DNA of 64,000 nt from Calditrichia bacterium (GCA_050633245.1 JBOEGD010000015.1:37285-101284), one strand, 5' to 3'; positions 1 to 10,384 are shown, numbered from the stretch's first letter. Numbers and translations are program-made. The notes: generated by a model from the letters alone, not told the origin.

Positions 1-1368
1 GCCTATGAGTTTTCCCTTCCCGGGATTTATTATATAAAAATAGAGAATTTGGAGGGCACCGGCGGAAGCGATTCTCTGGGTTACGCATATTCTCTCAGCA
101 TTAAACCGGCAATTCTATCCGACAACTTGGCAATAACCAGACTATCGTCCAAGAGAACCCAGCGTCCCGTTTATCACGTTGAGAAGGCAGGGGATTTCTT
201 ATTTGGGCTGGAACTCGACTCGCTGCCACAGTTGAAGTCCTGGAATGTTTCCGATCCTGAAAATCCAATTATTCTGGACTCTCTTCCCTTTTTCGGACTA
301 CCGAATAGTATCGCAATATCTGGCAATTACGCCTATATTCCTCTGCAGTTTGGGGTAAACGGTATTGCAGTTGTTGACATTTCCAATCCTGCAGCATTAT
401 CAAGCCCTACCCAACTTATCGGCTTCGATGCTCGCAGCTCTTTTGTGGACAATACTGGTCTTTACATAACCGATGATGAGGGTGGGTTACGCCAATACGA
501 CATTTCCCAACCAGCAGTTCCGGTATTACAAAACCGTATCCAGCTTCCAGATAGTGTTATGCTGGGCTTAACGGCAAATGAGAGTCACTTGTTCATTGGA
601 ACGAATAATCGAAACCTAATTATTCTTGATAAGCAAACTTTCAATATCCAGAGCACTTTACCTTTCAACGATATAGTGTCTTCTTGTATGTTAAGGGAAG
701 ACATTCTTTTTGTTTCAGGTGTTCAATCACTTTCAAGCATTGATATAAGTAACCCTGAAGCCCCACAAGTTATCTCTACATTTAGCACAGATATCAACAA
801 CCTTTTTGTCTATAATTCGTTTCTAAGCGACGACTACATTTATCTTGCGAATATGTTTGGCGGCATTCGCAAAATTGATATCACTGACCCGGATAATCTG
901 ATCGAATCCGGTTTTTATTATTCGTTAACGGATTTTACTGCACTCGACATGGTTGTAGAGAATGGTGTTGTGTATGCAGCAAGTGGCGAATTCTATAATT
1001 TTAATGGTGGAGATCCCCGTAACGGGATACACATTCTACAAAACGATCTCGTTTCCGGTTTTGATGATAACAAACCCCGACAGGTCTCTTCCACATTTGA
1101 ACTACACTCTAATTATCCTAACCCTTTCAACCCTTCAACAACGATAACCTACAGCCTACAGAAGCCTTCAAATGTGCGGATGGCCATTTACAATAGCCTC
1201 GGGCAAGAAGTAACTGTTCTGGTAAACGAAAAACAATCTGCGGGAATCAAGAGTGTAAAATGGAATGGACTTGATAAAAACAACCGTCCCTCAAGCACTG
1301 GAGTATATTTGTACCGCCTACAGACCGATGACGGGATTCAAACGCGTAGAATGATGTTGATCAAGTAA
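1..1368 (+). CDS. Secreted LVIVD-repeat beta-propeller protein with C-terminal FlgD-Ig/T9SS-like sorting domain (5'-partial)
   Basis: Frame is open from position 1. Repeated 'IAVVDISNP', 'YDISQP', 'IDISNP', 'IDITDP' motifs. C-terminal 'NYPNPFNPSTTITYSL...GVYLYRL...MMLIK'. Confidence 0.85.
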   Translation, partial: AYEFSLPGIYYIKIENLEGTGGSDSLGYAYSLSIKPAILSDNLAITRLSSKRTQRPVYHVEKAGDFLFGLELDSLPQLKSWNVSDPENPIILDSLPFFGLPNSIAISGNYAYIPLQFGVNGIAVVDISNPAALSSPTQLIGFDARSSFVDNTGLYITDDEGGLRQYDISQPAVPVLQNRIQLPDSVMLGLTANESHLFIGTNNRNLIILDKQTFNIQSTLPFNDIVSSCMLREDILFVSGVQSLSSIDISNPEAPQVISTFSTDINNLFVYNSFLSDDYIYLANMFGGIRKIDITDPDNLIESGFYYSLTDFTALDMVVENGVVYAASGEFYNFNGGDPRNGIHILQNDLVSGFDDNKPRQVSSTFELHSNYPNPFNPSTTITYSLQKPSNVRMAIYNSLGQEVTVLVNEKQSAGIKSVKWNGLDKNNRPSSTGVYLYRLQTDDGIQTRRMMLIK

Positions 1369-1391
1369 CTTACTGTCTATTAAACATCTCC

Positions 1392-1433
1392 AGACGCCCG
1401 ACAGCTAACCGACTGATCGGGCGTCTTTTATTT
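1392..1433 (+). terminator. Rho-independent terminator
   Basis: AGACGCCCGA...TCGGGCGTCT stem followed by TTTATTT, 24 nt after the stop codon. Confidence 0.75.
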
Positions 1434-1589
1434 CAGAGTGACTTTTTATAACGCGATGTGTCAAAATTAACAGGAGAGTAAAAATGCACTAATTCAAATT
1501 AATTTTATCGGGTAAACACATGGTTGTGCCCGGTTGCCCATAGTAAAAGCGCAGCGGGAATGCCCCAGACAACCAAGGGAGGTCTGCAA

Positions 1590-1967
1590 ATGGCCATCTC
1601 AGTAAAAGTAGATAAGAGCAAGGTATTAATCCGAGGCAAGGGAAGAATAACAGATACGCATATCTTTATTGCGCATAAAATGAAGGTCGAGCATGCCGAT
1701 TACAAACCTGGACTGCCTGTCTTATGCGACTTCACCGGTGTTACCGAAACCAGTATTACACCCTTTAGCCTTAAAATGCTGGCGGATATGCAGCTATTTA
1801 CACCCGAGTTATTTCAGGAAAGCCATATGGCCATTATTGCATCTGATGAGCAGGTTTATGCGCAGGCAAAGATGTTTCAAATTCTCACGTCTGAGTTGCC
1901 TCGGAAGCTGGAAGTTTTTCGAAAAAAACGTGAAGCGGTGCAGTGGTTGGTCGGTAAATTGGTATAA
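1590..1967 (+). CDS. STAS/SEC14 (SpoIIAA-like) small protein
   Basis: GGAGG RBS before ATG 1590. 'LCDFT..T', 'MAIIA', 'VFRKKREAVQWL' pattern typical of SpoIIAA-like proteins. Confidence 0.65.
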   Translation: MAISVKVDKSKVLIRGKGRITDTHIFIAHKMKVEHADYKPGLPVLCDFTGVTETSITPFSLKMLADMQLFTPELFQESHMAIIASDEQVYAQAKMFQILTSELPRKLEVFRKKREAVQWLVGKLV

Positions 1968-1992
1968 CTTAACGGAATAAAAGAGCTGAAAA

Positions 1993-2331
1993 CTAGTCTT
2001 CTTTCAGCTCATCCTGTAATTTTTCAAGCTGGTCTAAAATTGATGTCACTTTTCGTCCAAAATCGGTAAAGTGATACTCTACCCGCGGTGGAACTTCCGG
2101 AAAGATTTTCTTTTCCAGAATACCAAATTCCATATTTCTACGCAGGCATTCATTCAATACTTTTGTGCTCAATCCTTCAACAGATCTTACCATTTCACCT
2201 GGTCGAATAATGCCGTGCGAGATCAAACGGTAAACCGTAAGTGTCCATTTACAGCGGTAAATGGTCTCGATCATCCGTGAGATACGCTCCGGTCTGGATT
2301 TTCTGGAAAAAACTTCGCCCTGTAATTTCAT
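1993..2331 (-). CDS. HxlR-family winged-helix transcriptional regulator
   Basis: 'KWTLTV', 'GLSTKVLNECLR', 'FPEVPPRVEYHFTDFG' HxlR signature; divergent from an SDR gene. Confidence 0.9.
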   Translation of the reverse strand: MKLQGEVFSRKSRPERISRMIETIYRCKWTLTVYRLISHGIIRPGEMVRSVEGLSTKVLNECLRRNMEFGILEKKIFPEVPPRVEYHFTDFGRKVTSILDQLEKLQDELKED

Positions 2332-2448
2332 AAAGTTATACCCGTTTGTACCTACCTTACCAGATTGTGCCTACTTTACAAGAAACAATAAGTTAACTAT
2401 GTTTTTCTAAAATATTGATGCAAAAAATATAAATCAAGGAGAAACACA

Positions 2449-3213
2449 GTGACAGCTTCAAATTCAATCGCATTGATTATAGGCGGAACCAGCGGCATTG
2501 GCAAAGCGACCGCCAAACTATTACTGGGTCATGGAAAAACGGTACTCATTCTCGGTAACCGCCAAAACAAACTTCAGGCTGCTCAACAAGAGCTAAGTTC
2601 TTTTGGCACGGTTGAAACGCTTCAGGCAAACTTGTATGCTAAAGAAGCCGTGGAGACGGTTATTCAGCAGCTTGCACAGGAAAAGCGCCACGTTCAATAT
2701 TTGGTCAATGCAGCAGGCTATTTTAATCCCACACCTTTTGTCGATCATTCATCAGATGATTATGACAAGTATATGGATTTAAATAAGGCCATCTTTTTCA
2801 TTACCCAGGCTGCAGTAAAAAATATGATCGCCCATAAAGGCGGATCAATTGTCAATGTGGGCTCCATGTGGGCAAAGCAAGCCGTGAAGGCCACGCCGTC
2901 TTCTGCATATTCGATGGCAAAGGCTGGTCTGCATTCCTTCACCCAACATTTAGCAATGGAGCTGGCCGATCATAACATTCGCGTCAATACGGTTTCACCA
3001 GCGGTTGTGGCAACGCCAATTTATGAGGCGTTTATCGAAAAGGATCAGCTGGATGAGGCACTGGCAGGATTTAATGGCTTTCATCCAATTGGCAGAATTG
3101 GCAGCCCGATAGATGTGGCCAAGGCAATTGGATTCCTTTTGTCGGACGATGCCGGATGGATAACCGGAAGCACCATGGATGTAGATGGAGGCGTGATGGC
3201 GGGAAGAAATTAG
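2449..3213 (+). CDS. Short-chain dehydrogenase/reductase (SDR)
   Basis: GGTSGIG Rossmann motif, NAAG, YSMAK catalytic YxxxK, 'DVDGG'; AAGGAG RBS. Confidence 0.95.
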   Translation: MTASNSIALIIGGTSGIGKATAKLLLGHGKTVLILGNRQNKLQAAQQELSSFGTVETLQANLYAKEAVETVIQQLAQEKRHVQYLVNAAGYFNPTPFVDHSSDDYDKYMDLNKAIFFITQAAVKNMIAHKGGSIVNVGSMWAKQAVKATPSSAYSMAKAGLHSFTQHLAMELADHNIRVNTVSPAVVATPIYEAFIEKDQLDEALAGFNGFHPIGRIGSPIDVAKAIGFLLSDDAGWITGSTMDVDGGVMAGRN

Positions 3214-3234
3214 CAGGGAAAAAACATCTATAAC

Positions 3235-3271
3235 AGTTGCCCTCGTAAATTTAAACACTACGTGGGCAACT
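3235..3271 (+). terminator. Putative terminator hairpin after SDR
   Basis: AGTTGCCC-tcgta...tacg-t-GGGCAACT imperfect stem followed by a T-rich tract. Confidence 0.5.
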
Positions 3272-3411
3272 TAGTTTATATTCCGATCGAAAACTTATAC
3301 CGGCGTCCATTCCAAAAGTAAGCTAAAGTCTCACCGCGATCTATTAGGATAAATGGAAATTCTGCTTATATTTTTCTACTATTCTTTCCGCGATTAAACA
3401 GTGAGCCGCCT

Positions 3412-4704
3412 ATGTATAACAAGCATGTTGAGACACTTGCTCTTGTAGAACTCCGAAAGCTTCAGAACATCAGACTAAGAGATTTGCTCCGACGACTATA
3501 TGATAACGTTCCATTCTATAGCCAACTGTTCGACAGTAATGGTATTCAGCCCGGCGATATTTCAGGCGTAGATGAACTTCATAAACTTCCCTTCACACGC
3601 AAAGAAGACTTGCGGAATAATTACCCGTATCAGATGTTCGCAACACCAATGAACGAAGTGCGACGCATTCATGCGTCGAGCGGAACAACCGGTAAGCCTA
3701 CCGTGGTGGGCTATACACACAATGATCTTGAAATTTTCGATGACGTAGTGGCCCGTTCTTTGGTCTGTGCCGGCGCAAAGCCCGGTATGAAGTTGCACAA
3801 TGCTTATGGCTACGGTCTGTTTACCGGTGGACTCGGCATGCACGGCGGTGCAACGAAGCTCGGCATGGCGGTCATTCCGGTTTCCGGTGGCATGACAGAT
3901 CGGCAGCTGATGATTCTGCAGGATTTTGCACCGGAGGTTATGTGTTGTACCCCTTCCTATGCGCAAACGCTGGCAGAAGAATGCCAGGCTCGCGGTATAG
4001 ATCCGCAAAAGTTGGCCGTAAAGTATGCCGTCCTCGGAGCCGAACCATGGACAGAGACCATTCGCAATCAGGTTGAAAAAGGGCTGGCAGTAACTGCCAC
4101 CAATATCTACGGACTCAGCGAGATTATCGGTCCCGGTGTGTCGCAGGAAGATTATGAAGAAAAAGGCAACGGCAGCTATGTCTGGGAAGACCATTTCTTT
4201 CCTGAGATTGTCAACAAAGATACCGGGAAACCTCTGCCTTATGGCGAAGAAGGCGTGCTGGTTTTTACCACGCTTACCAAAGAAGCGTTCCCGCTACTGC
4301 GCTACTGGACGAACGATATATGCTCATTGCACTACGATCCACACGGCAAGCGCACGCACATCAAAATGTCTGCAATTAAGGGACGCGCTGATGATATGCT
4401 TATTATCCGCGGGGTAAATCTTTTCTATACACAGGTGGAGGAGATCATTCAGCAATTCGACTTTTTGTTGCCGAATTATCAGCTGATTGTTTCACGTAGC
4501 GGCACGATGGATGAGGTGCTGGTAAAAGTTGAAGCCAATACCGGAGCAGAGCCAACCAGCACCGGGCTTGCAGAGCAACTCGCGGAAAAGATAAAAAACA
4601 CGATTGGCTTATCAATGAAAATCAGCCTACAGCCGTTTGGCAGCATACCGCGCAGTCAGGGCGGCAAGCTGGCAAGGATTGTGGACTTACGGCTGGAGAG
4701 CTAG
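3412..4704 (+). CDS. paaK: Phenylacetate--CoA ligase
   Basis: 'IHASSGTTGKPTVVGYT', 'YGYGLFTGGLG', 'GAEPW', 'IYGLSEIIGPGV', 'GRADDMLIIRGVN'. Confidence 0.92.
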   Translation: MYNKHVETLALVELRKLQNIRLRDLLRRLYDNVPFYSQLFDSNGIQPGDISGVDELHKLPFTRKEDLRNNYPYQMFATPMNEVRRIHASSGTTGKPTVVGYTHNDLEIFDDVVARSLVCAGAKPGMKLHNAYGYGLFTGGLGMHGGATKLGMAVIPVSGGMTDRQLMILQDFAPEVMCCTPSYAQTLAEECQARGIDPQKLAVKYAVLGAEPWTETIRNQVEKGLAVTATNIYGLSEIIGPGVSQEDYEEKGNGSYVWEDHFFPEIVNKDTGKPLPYGEEGVLVFTTLTKEAFPLLRYWTNDICSLHYDPHGKRTHIKMSAIKGRADDMLIIRGVNLFYTQVEEIIQQFDFLLPNYQLIVSRSGTMDEVLVKVEANTGAEPTSTGLAEQLAEKIKNTIGLSMKISLQPFGSIPRSQGGKLARIVDLRLES

Positions 4705-4781
4705 TATGAACATGGATAAAAGAGGAGAAAAGAGGATATAGAAGAGTTTAAAAAATTAAAACCTTGTAAAAGCAAAGATGC

Positions 4782-4865
4782 TAAACGCTTTAGAAGGTTA
4801 AAGACTTTAGAAGTTTAATAATTCTAAAGAACTAGAGATTCTAAAGTTTTAGAAGCTTGGAACGT
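4782..4865. repeat. Degenerate 17-bp (8+9) tandem repeat
   Basis: TAGAAG/TAAAG-like units start at 4782, 4791, 4799, 4808, 4816, 4825, 4833, 4842 and 4850, alternating 9 and 8 nt apart. Confidence 0.45.
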
Positions 4866-5072
4866 TCTCGAATTATAGGATAAAAAGCTATTCAGGAAAA
4901 TCGCAAGATTAAGTGGCTAATTTCATCGCGGTATATAAAACAGCCCCAAAAGAGGTGCTAACTACTAAAGCTTTTAACATTAGCACCTTCGCGAAGTGTC
5001 AGGGTCAGCGGCACAAAAAAACCAAGAGAGATTTTAACCAGCACTAGGCATTATACAAACCCATTATTTAAT

Positions 5073-6227
5073 TCAGAACGAATTCGCACTCTCACGAAGC
5101 TCGGTCTGCACAGCCGACTCATCCATAATATTTGGCTGAAGCTCTTGTCCCATAACAAAATCCGGCTGATCGAAACTTGTAGCTGAACAGAAAGTCATAA
5201 CTTTCTGTTCAAGAAAATGATAGTTGCCGGTGTCGATATCGACAATAATAGTGCCTGATAACGAACCGGTTTCGATACGCCCCACGTAATATCTGTTTCC
5301 GGGCAAAAATTCTCCGCTCTTCAGAAAAGAATACACATAATCCTTTACCCTGCCCTCTCCATATTTGCCTTTAATCAAGCGCTTAGATGCGGTTTTATTG
5401 TAATGATAGAGACCACCTTCTTTTCCACCTACCGAGGTAACCAGTTGCTCCAGATTCAGGCTGGAATTGCCGAATTGCTCATTGCGATAATTAATAAAAA
5501 TGTTTTCAGATGGTATCTCAATATTTCCTCGCTCATCCTTGTAAAAGACATTCTCTACTTCCCCGGAGGCAATACTAATCTGCTTATAAGCAATTCTGCC
5601 GGCTTCATCAGAAAAGCTGTAGAATAGCGATTGTTCGTCCGGGCTGAGATAGAACGAAAGATAACATTCTTCATCGAGATTGCGAACGAGACTCAACTTA
5701 TCTTCAGCTATTGAATAAGAATAGAGGGCCGAACGATTCTCAGGGCTGTAGTTTTCTACCCATTTTTTATCGGCCATCAGATACAGGCGATTCGACTCAG
5801 CATTCCACTGCAGTTTCTCTCCCCAAAATTGCCGGGATCGTCGGTCGCTATGCAATAAACTCCGGTTTAGAGGAGCAATAGTTGTTAGCTGCATTCCCGT
5901 ATTATCGAGAAGAGTTATTCGCTGCGCATTATCATTGACTGCGACATATTGAGCATTTGGAGATACATATACGCTTCTTGAGTATCCGCGGGCAAGCTTC
6001 CCGTTCCAAACCGGCTGCTTACCCAAATCGAGAATGCCATCGCCATGGTAATAAAGTTTTTGATCGGAATAGTAATATATCGGTTTCGCAGCTTCGTAGG
6101 AAAAATTTGATGGTGCAAAGTTGATTAGCTCGGAATTGTTTTTATTAAACCTATTCCCCATAGATGTTAACAACCAGTAACAAGCGATCAGGAAGACACA
6201 GATTAAGACAAGTTTTGTAAGAGACAT
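5073..6227 (-). CDS. Membrane-anchored TolB-like beta-propeller hypothetical protein
   Basis: N-terminal hydrophobic anchor; 'VSPNAQYVAV', 'WNAESNRLY', 'LSPDEQSLFY' propeller blades. ATG 6227 with AAGGA RBS preferred over the ORF-track start 6260. Confidence 0.6.
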   Translation of the reverse strand: MSLTKLVLICVFLIACYWLLTSMGNRFNKNNSELINFAPSNFSYEAAKPIYYYSDQKLYYHGDGILDLGKQPVWNGKLARGYSRSVYVSPNAQYVAVNDNAQRITLLDNTGMQLTTIAPLNRSLLHSDRRSRQFWGEKLQWNAESNRLYLMADKKWVENYSPENRSALYSYSIAEDKLSLVRNLDEECYLSFYLSPDEQSLFYSFSDEAGRIAYKQISIASGEVENVFYKDERGNIEIPSENIFINYRNEQFGNSSLNLEQLVTSVGGKEGGLYHYNKTASKRLIKGKYGEGRVKDYVYSFLKSGEFLPGNRYYVGRIETGSLSGTIIVDIDTGNYHFLEQKVMTFCSATSFDQPDFVMGQELQPNIMDESAVQTELRESANSF

Positions 6228-6302
6228 GATTCCTTTTCCAACAGTTTTAGATGAATACACTTACTTTGCCGAAAGAGGTAAAAGTCTGAAAAGAAGACAA
6301 TT

Positions 6303-6809
6303 TTACTTTAGACTCTTCTTATATCTCTTCATCAGTTTAATCGCCCAGTCGTAATGGCTACAGGTATTGGAGATCAGATACTCACCAAGCGACGTGGAAC
6401 CCGTCCACTTATATAACTTTTTGGTGAACAACTCTTCATCACTATGCTTTTCAGTTATCTCCCGTAGATGTTTAAACGAGGTGTTAATAAGAGTCGTTAT
6501 TTCATCGAGCGAGGTTTCCAGGTACTGTTCGCGAATCCATTGGTTCAAGTCCGGCAGAGTTTTCCAGGTATACCCTTTTGCCGGCATATCCGGCTTTTCT
6601 CCGGCCATCCCAACTTCATACCAATCCAGCATCATCACATGCCAATGATGCAAATGTGACAGCATATCGCGAATATTATGCTGCATCGAAAGGTTCGGGA
6701 AATCCGCATTGCGCTCCTCATCTGAAAGCGAATTGATTAACTCGAATAACAGGGTATAGTTTTGTTTGCTACGTTCCAACAAATCTGCCTTGTTCTTAGG
6801 TCTGGGCAT
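6303..6809 (-). CDS. ClbS/DfsB-family (DUF1706) four-helix bundle protein
   Basis: 'MPRPKNK..LL', 'RDMLSHLHHWH', 'PAKGYTWK', 'WTGSTSLG.Y..SNT.SHYDWA'; AAGGAG RBS. Confidence 0.88.
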   Translation of the reverse strand: MPRPKNKADLLERSKQNYTLLFELINSLSDEERNADFPNLSMQHNIRDMLSHLHHWHVMMLDWYEVGMAGEKPDMPAKGYTWKTLPDLNQWIREQYLETSLDEITTLINTSFKHLREITEKHSDEELFTKKLYKWTGSTSLGEYLISNTCSHYDWAIKLMKRYKKSLK

Positions 6810-6926
6810 AGCCACTCCTTAAATGATTAACATCCACAAACTTTACACATCCGTGAATCTATCGTGATATTTTTAATCTACTTTTATTCTACCAAAGAAT
6901 CCTGTTTTAATTAAGAGGCAAACTAG

Positions 6927-8066
6927 ATGAAATTTTCAAATAAATCCATTACAGGAACAGTGAAATATACTGTCTTTTATCGAATTTTCTGTTTTCTGCT
7001 GTTCCCAACCCTTCTTTTACTGCAGAGTTGTTCACAAGACCCTGCGAGCACATCGGAAGACATCACGATTAACCGCGTCGGTTATGGTGTTTCGGGCATA
7101 CTATTCGAGAACAATTTGGTTATGTGGTATCGCGAGAATTCGGGAGAACGCACCGAACTGTTTTCGCAGATGTATATGACGCGCCTCGACGAAGCGGACT
7201 TTCCGGTATGGACAGATTTTCCGGATGAATTTCTTGTTTCCGGCGGCGTACCTCGCGATGGTATTCCAGCGCTGGTAAATCCGACCTTTGTAACAGCAAA
7301 TGCCGCCGGTGCTTCTTATTTAAAGAGTATTGATTTGGTTCTTGGCGTAGAAATCAATGGTGAAGTTAAAGCCTATCCGCATAATATTCTGTGGTGGCAT
7401 GAAGTCGTGAACGACCAGGTTGGCGGCAAAGACATTATAATGACTTTTTGCCCACTCACTGGCAGCGGAGTGCTTTTTGAAAAGCCGGTAAACGGCGATA
7501 GCGTTGGTGCATTTACTCCGCTACCGGTTATTGAAACAACCTGGAGCAACTGGCAGTCTCTTTATCCTGAAACAAAGGTAATTGCCGAGAACACAGGCAT
7601 CGATCGCAACTATACTCGTTATCCCTATGGAGATTATCGCGCAGAAGACAGCTTTCCATTGTTTTCACTTCGCACCGGTTCAATTGATGAACGATTTCCG
7701 CCTAAACGCATGGTGCTTGGCCTGGTTGGAGAAACCGGGCAAAAAGCCTACCCGTTTTCCTCACTCGATTCTTCTGCTGTCGTAAATGACGAATTCGATG
7801 GCAAAAATGTACTTATCCTTTCAGACATTGATGAGCGGATGGCGCAACCCTACAGTCGAGATCTGAATGGACAGACTCTAACCTTCACCCAAACCGGAAC
7901 CGCACCCTTTCAGATGACCGACGCCCAAACAGGTAGCACCTGGAATATTATTGGCGAGGCAACGGCAGGCTCACTGCAAGGACAGCGTCTGGAGCCGATC
8001 GCCGCTTACAACGCCTTCTGGTTTGCCTGGGCCGCCTTCTGGCCGGACACTGAGGTTTACGAATAG
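6927..8066 (+). CDS. DUF3179-family lipoprotein (segment-permuted)
   Basis: Lipobox LQSC; 'SGGVPRDGIPAL', 'AYPHNILWWHEVVND', 'FCPLTGSG', 'FWFAWAAFWPDT'. Confidence 0.88.
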   Translation: MKFSNKSITGTVKYTVFYRIFCFLLFPTLLLLQSCSQDPASTSEDITINRVGYGVSGILFENNLVMWYRENSGERTELFSQMYMTRLDEADFPVWTDFPDEFLVSGGVPRDGIPALVNPTFVTANAAGASYLKSIDLVLGVEINGEVKAYPHNILWWHEVVNDQVGGKDIIMTFCPLTGSGVLFEKPVNGDSVGAFTPLPVIETTWSNWQSLYPETKVIAENTGIDRNYTRYPYGDYRAEDSFPLFSLRTGSIDERFPPKRMVLGLVGETGQKAYPFSSLDSSAVVNDEFDGKNVLILSDIDERMAQPYSRDLNGQTLTFTQTGTAPFQMTDAQTGSTWNIIGEATAGSLQGQRLEPIAAYNAFWFAWAAFWPDTEVYE

Positions 8067-8971
8067 TGTTGCAGAAAGACAACTTAACATTATTCCTATT
8101 GCTAAGCCTTTTCTCTACCTCATTGTTTGCGGGCGGCTGGACGCAACCCAAAGGTCAACTTTGGCTAAAGTCTTCGCTACTGTATCAATCTACAGACAAG
8201 CGCTTCTGCCATGCTCAGGATGCAACGTCGCTAGCCTTCCAACAAATTGGATGCAACGAAGCTGGGCACAGCACTGCCTTTGATCCGTTTATCGGAGGCA
8301 AATTAACAGCAACGGGCTTATTTACTGAAGCAGCGTTTGGCATTACCGATCGCCTGGAAGCCGGACTACAAGTTCCGTGGTATCGACTGGAGTTTACCAA
8401 TTTCACTGATCCCGAGCGCTCCCCAACCAGCGGTATCGGAGATATTCGTCTGCGATTAAAGTGGCAAACCAGTGAGCTACCGGTTGTGTCCGCAATTGAG
8501 CTAATCGTAAAGTCGCCGACCGGCGAATTCTCTGCAGATGCAGAAGTTGTTAATGTAAGTGAGGGTCAGTGGGATTATGAGATTCGCGGTGAGGTGAGTC
8601 GGTCATTTTGGCCGGTTCCACTCTATGTCGGAGTTGGCATTGGCTATCGCGTACGCACAGACAACGATAGCTTTGAGCAGTCTATTGGCAATGAGTTTTT
8701 ACTTCGACTGGAGGCTGGCTATCAAATAGTGAAGAAGCTACAGATTAAAGCAGATGTCGATTGGTTGCGAGGTGCACGCCCAACGCTGTTTGCTACCAAG
8801 CGGAGAGTCTTGTGGCGAAGGGAATTATTAACGGCATCACCGGTTCTGGTAATCGAGCCGATCAGGAATCTTCAAATAGAAACGGGGGTTCGTCTCTCGA
8901 TTGCAGGAGAGGACTTCCCGGCAGGTTCACAATTACAGCTGGGTTTCCGCTATAGGCTGGCGGTTCACTAA
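8066..8971 (+). CDS. Outer-membrane beta-barrel protein (MetA-pathway/transporter-like)
   Basis: Signal peptide, 'GGWTQPKG', 'GIGDIRLRLKWQ', 'KSPTG', amphipathic strands, C-terminal 'LGFRY'; start overlaps the upstream stop codon. Confidence 0.65.
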   Translation: MLQKDNLTLFLLLSLFSTSLFAGGWTQPKGQLWLKSSLLYQSTDKRFCHAQDATSLAFQQIGCNEAGHSTAFDPFIGGKLTATGLFTEAAFGITDRLEAGLQVPWYRLEFTNFTDPERSPTSGIGDIRLRLKWQTSELPVVSAIELIVKSPTGEFSADAEVVNVSEGQWDYEIRGEVSRSFWPVPLYVGVGIGYRVRTDNDSFEQSIGNEFLLRLEAGYQIVKKLQIKADVDWLRGARPTLFATKRRVLWRRELLTASPVLVIEPIRNLQIETGVRLSIAGEDFPAGSQLQLGFRYRLAVH

Positions 8972-9079
8972 AAAATTTGCCTTACACTGTAAAACCTCTC
9001 TAAAATGCTTCACGCTTTGTTTTCTGTTTGCCCATCGCTATGTTTTATCAGGCTCCCAAAAAAAGCAAGGAGAAAAACG

Positions 9080-10384
9080 ATGACTCTCAGGAATTCCTTT
9101 TTAACCTTAACTTTGCTGATAAGCGCAGCGTCAATGCTACTGGCTCAGACAACCGCAGTAGAACAGGCCATCATTCAAGCTACAATGTCTGGTAACACAA
9201 CGCTACTGCATTCGCCGGAATACCACCGGTTATTTTCCGGCACAGACGAAGATATTTCACTTGCATACCTCTATAACAACTACGTTCTGGAAGAGGAATT
9301 TTGCGAAGCCTATGAAACGACGAACAATACATGGAACTCGGATAAACTAACGCAGTTCTCTTATACACAATCAGGAAAAATTGATACTATCTATAAAGAA
9401 AACTGGTGGAACAATACCTGGAATGCCTACAATCGCAGCGTCTTTTTTTATGACCCTGGCAACGGCAGGCTGCTTGAGAGTGTTTTCGAAAGCACGTTGG
9501 TTACCGGAAGCTGGCAAAATGTATCCCGCCAACAGCATTCCTATAATCAAGTCGGCCTGGATACTATCATAGTCAGGCAGGTATGGGGAAACCTGGGCTG
9601 GGAAAACCAAAGCCGGACGATCTATTCTTACGATCAACTGAATCGATTTGAAAAATTGACCTTCGACGTATGGAATGATTTCAGTAATTCGTGGGACTTG
9701 TCTTCCCAGACACTCTATACCTTTGTCGGCTCCACAACCAACATAAGCGATTTTGTTGTTCAGAGTTGGGACAATGGCGTTTGGGACAACTTGGGCAAGA
9801 CGAGTTACTTTTACAATTCCCAGAACCAGTTTGAAGAGATATTGAATCAGATCTGGGTAAGTGGTAACTGGTTTAACTCTACGCACTTCCTTTATTTCTA
9901 CGATAACAATAACGATCTCAGTGAGGTTCAATACCAACAGTGGGATAATGTATCTACCTGGAATGATTTTATAAGGACCGTATATACCATCGATGGAAAC
10001 GGTAATCAGGCCACATGGCAGGAAGATTTTTGGGTGAGTAATGCATGGATACCAAATCGCCGCTGTACAAACACTTGGCAGCTGGTGGTTACATCCATTG
10101 AGGAGCCCGGCAGTACATTACCGTTTAATTTTGCTCTGCAAAATTATCCGAATCCCTTCAACCCGGCAACAACAATTCGCTTCACGTTGCCGACGACTCA
10201 GAAAACCCGTCTTACAGTTTACAATACATTGGGGCAGGAAGTTGCGGTTCTGCTGGATGCTGTTAAGCAGGCCGGCACGCATGAGGTTCCGTTTCAGGCA
10301 CAACAATTGAGCAGCGGAACATATTTCTACAAGCTACAGGCAGCTCAGGCAACACTCACCGGGACGATGCTGTTAATTAAGTAA
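9080..10384 (+). CDS. Secreted repeat protein (W-rich 'Y.YD..G' repeats) with C-terminal FlgD-Ig/T9SS-like domain
   Basis: AAGGAG RBS before ATG 9080; signal peptide; ~30-aa repeats 'QxW..gW.n..r..Y.Yd'; 'NYPNPFNPATTIRF...MLLIK'. Confidence 0.85.
   Translation: MTLRNSFLTLTLLISAASMLLAQTTAVEQAIIQATMSGNTTLLHSPEYHRLFSGTDEDISLAYLYNNYVLEEEFCEAYETTNNTWNSDKLTQFSYTQSGKIDTIYKENWWNNTWNAYNRSVFFYDPGNGRLLESVFESTLVTGSWQNVSRQQHSYNQVGLDTIIVRQVWGNLGWENQSRTIYSYDQLNRFEKLTFDVWNDFSNSWDLSSQTLYTFVGSTTNISDFVVQSWDNGVWDNLGKTSYFYNSQNQFEEILNQIWVSGNWFNSTHFLYFYDNNNDLSEVQYQQWDNVSTWNDFIRTVYTIDGNGNQATWQEDFWVSNAWIPNRRCTNTWQLVVTSIEEPGSTLPFNFALQNYPNPFNPATTIRFTLPTTQKTRLTVYNTLGQEVAVLLDAVKQAGTHEVPFQAQQLSSGTYFYKLQAAQATLTGTMLLIK

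Noticed and set aside
1500-1585. Possible riboswitch (c-di-GMP type) upstream of the STAS-like gene
   Set aside because: GC-rich leader, but it lacks recognisable conserved GEMM motifs; an Infernal search would be needed.
3562-4194. Long antisense ORFs (also 9371-9937, 12544-12981, 18739-19305, 46214-46576)
   Set aside because: Shadow ORFs opposite well-supported genes, with no motifs or RBS.
3412-4704. Complete phenylacetate catabolic cluster
   Set aside because: Only paaK is present; no paaABCDE/G/Z neighbours in the window, and isolated paaK-like genes are common.
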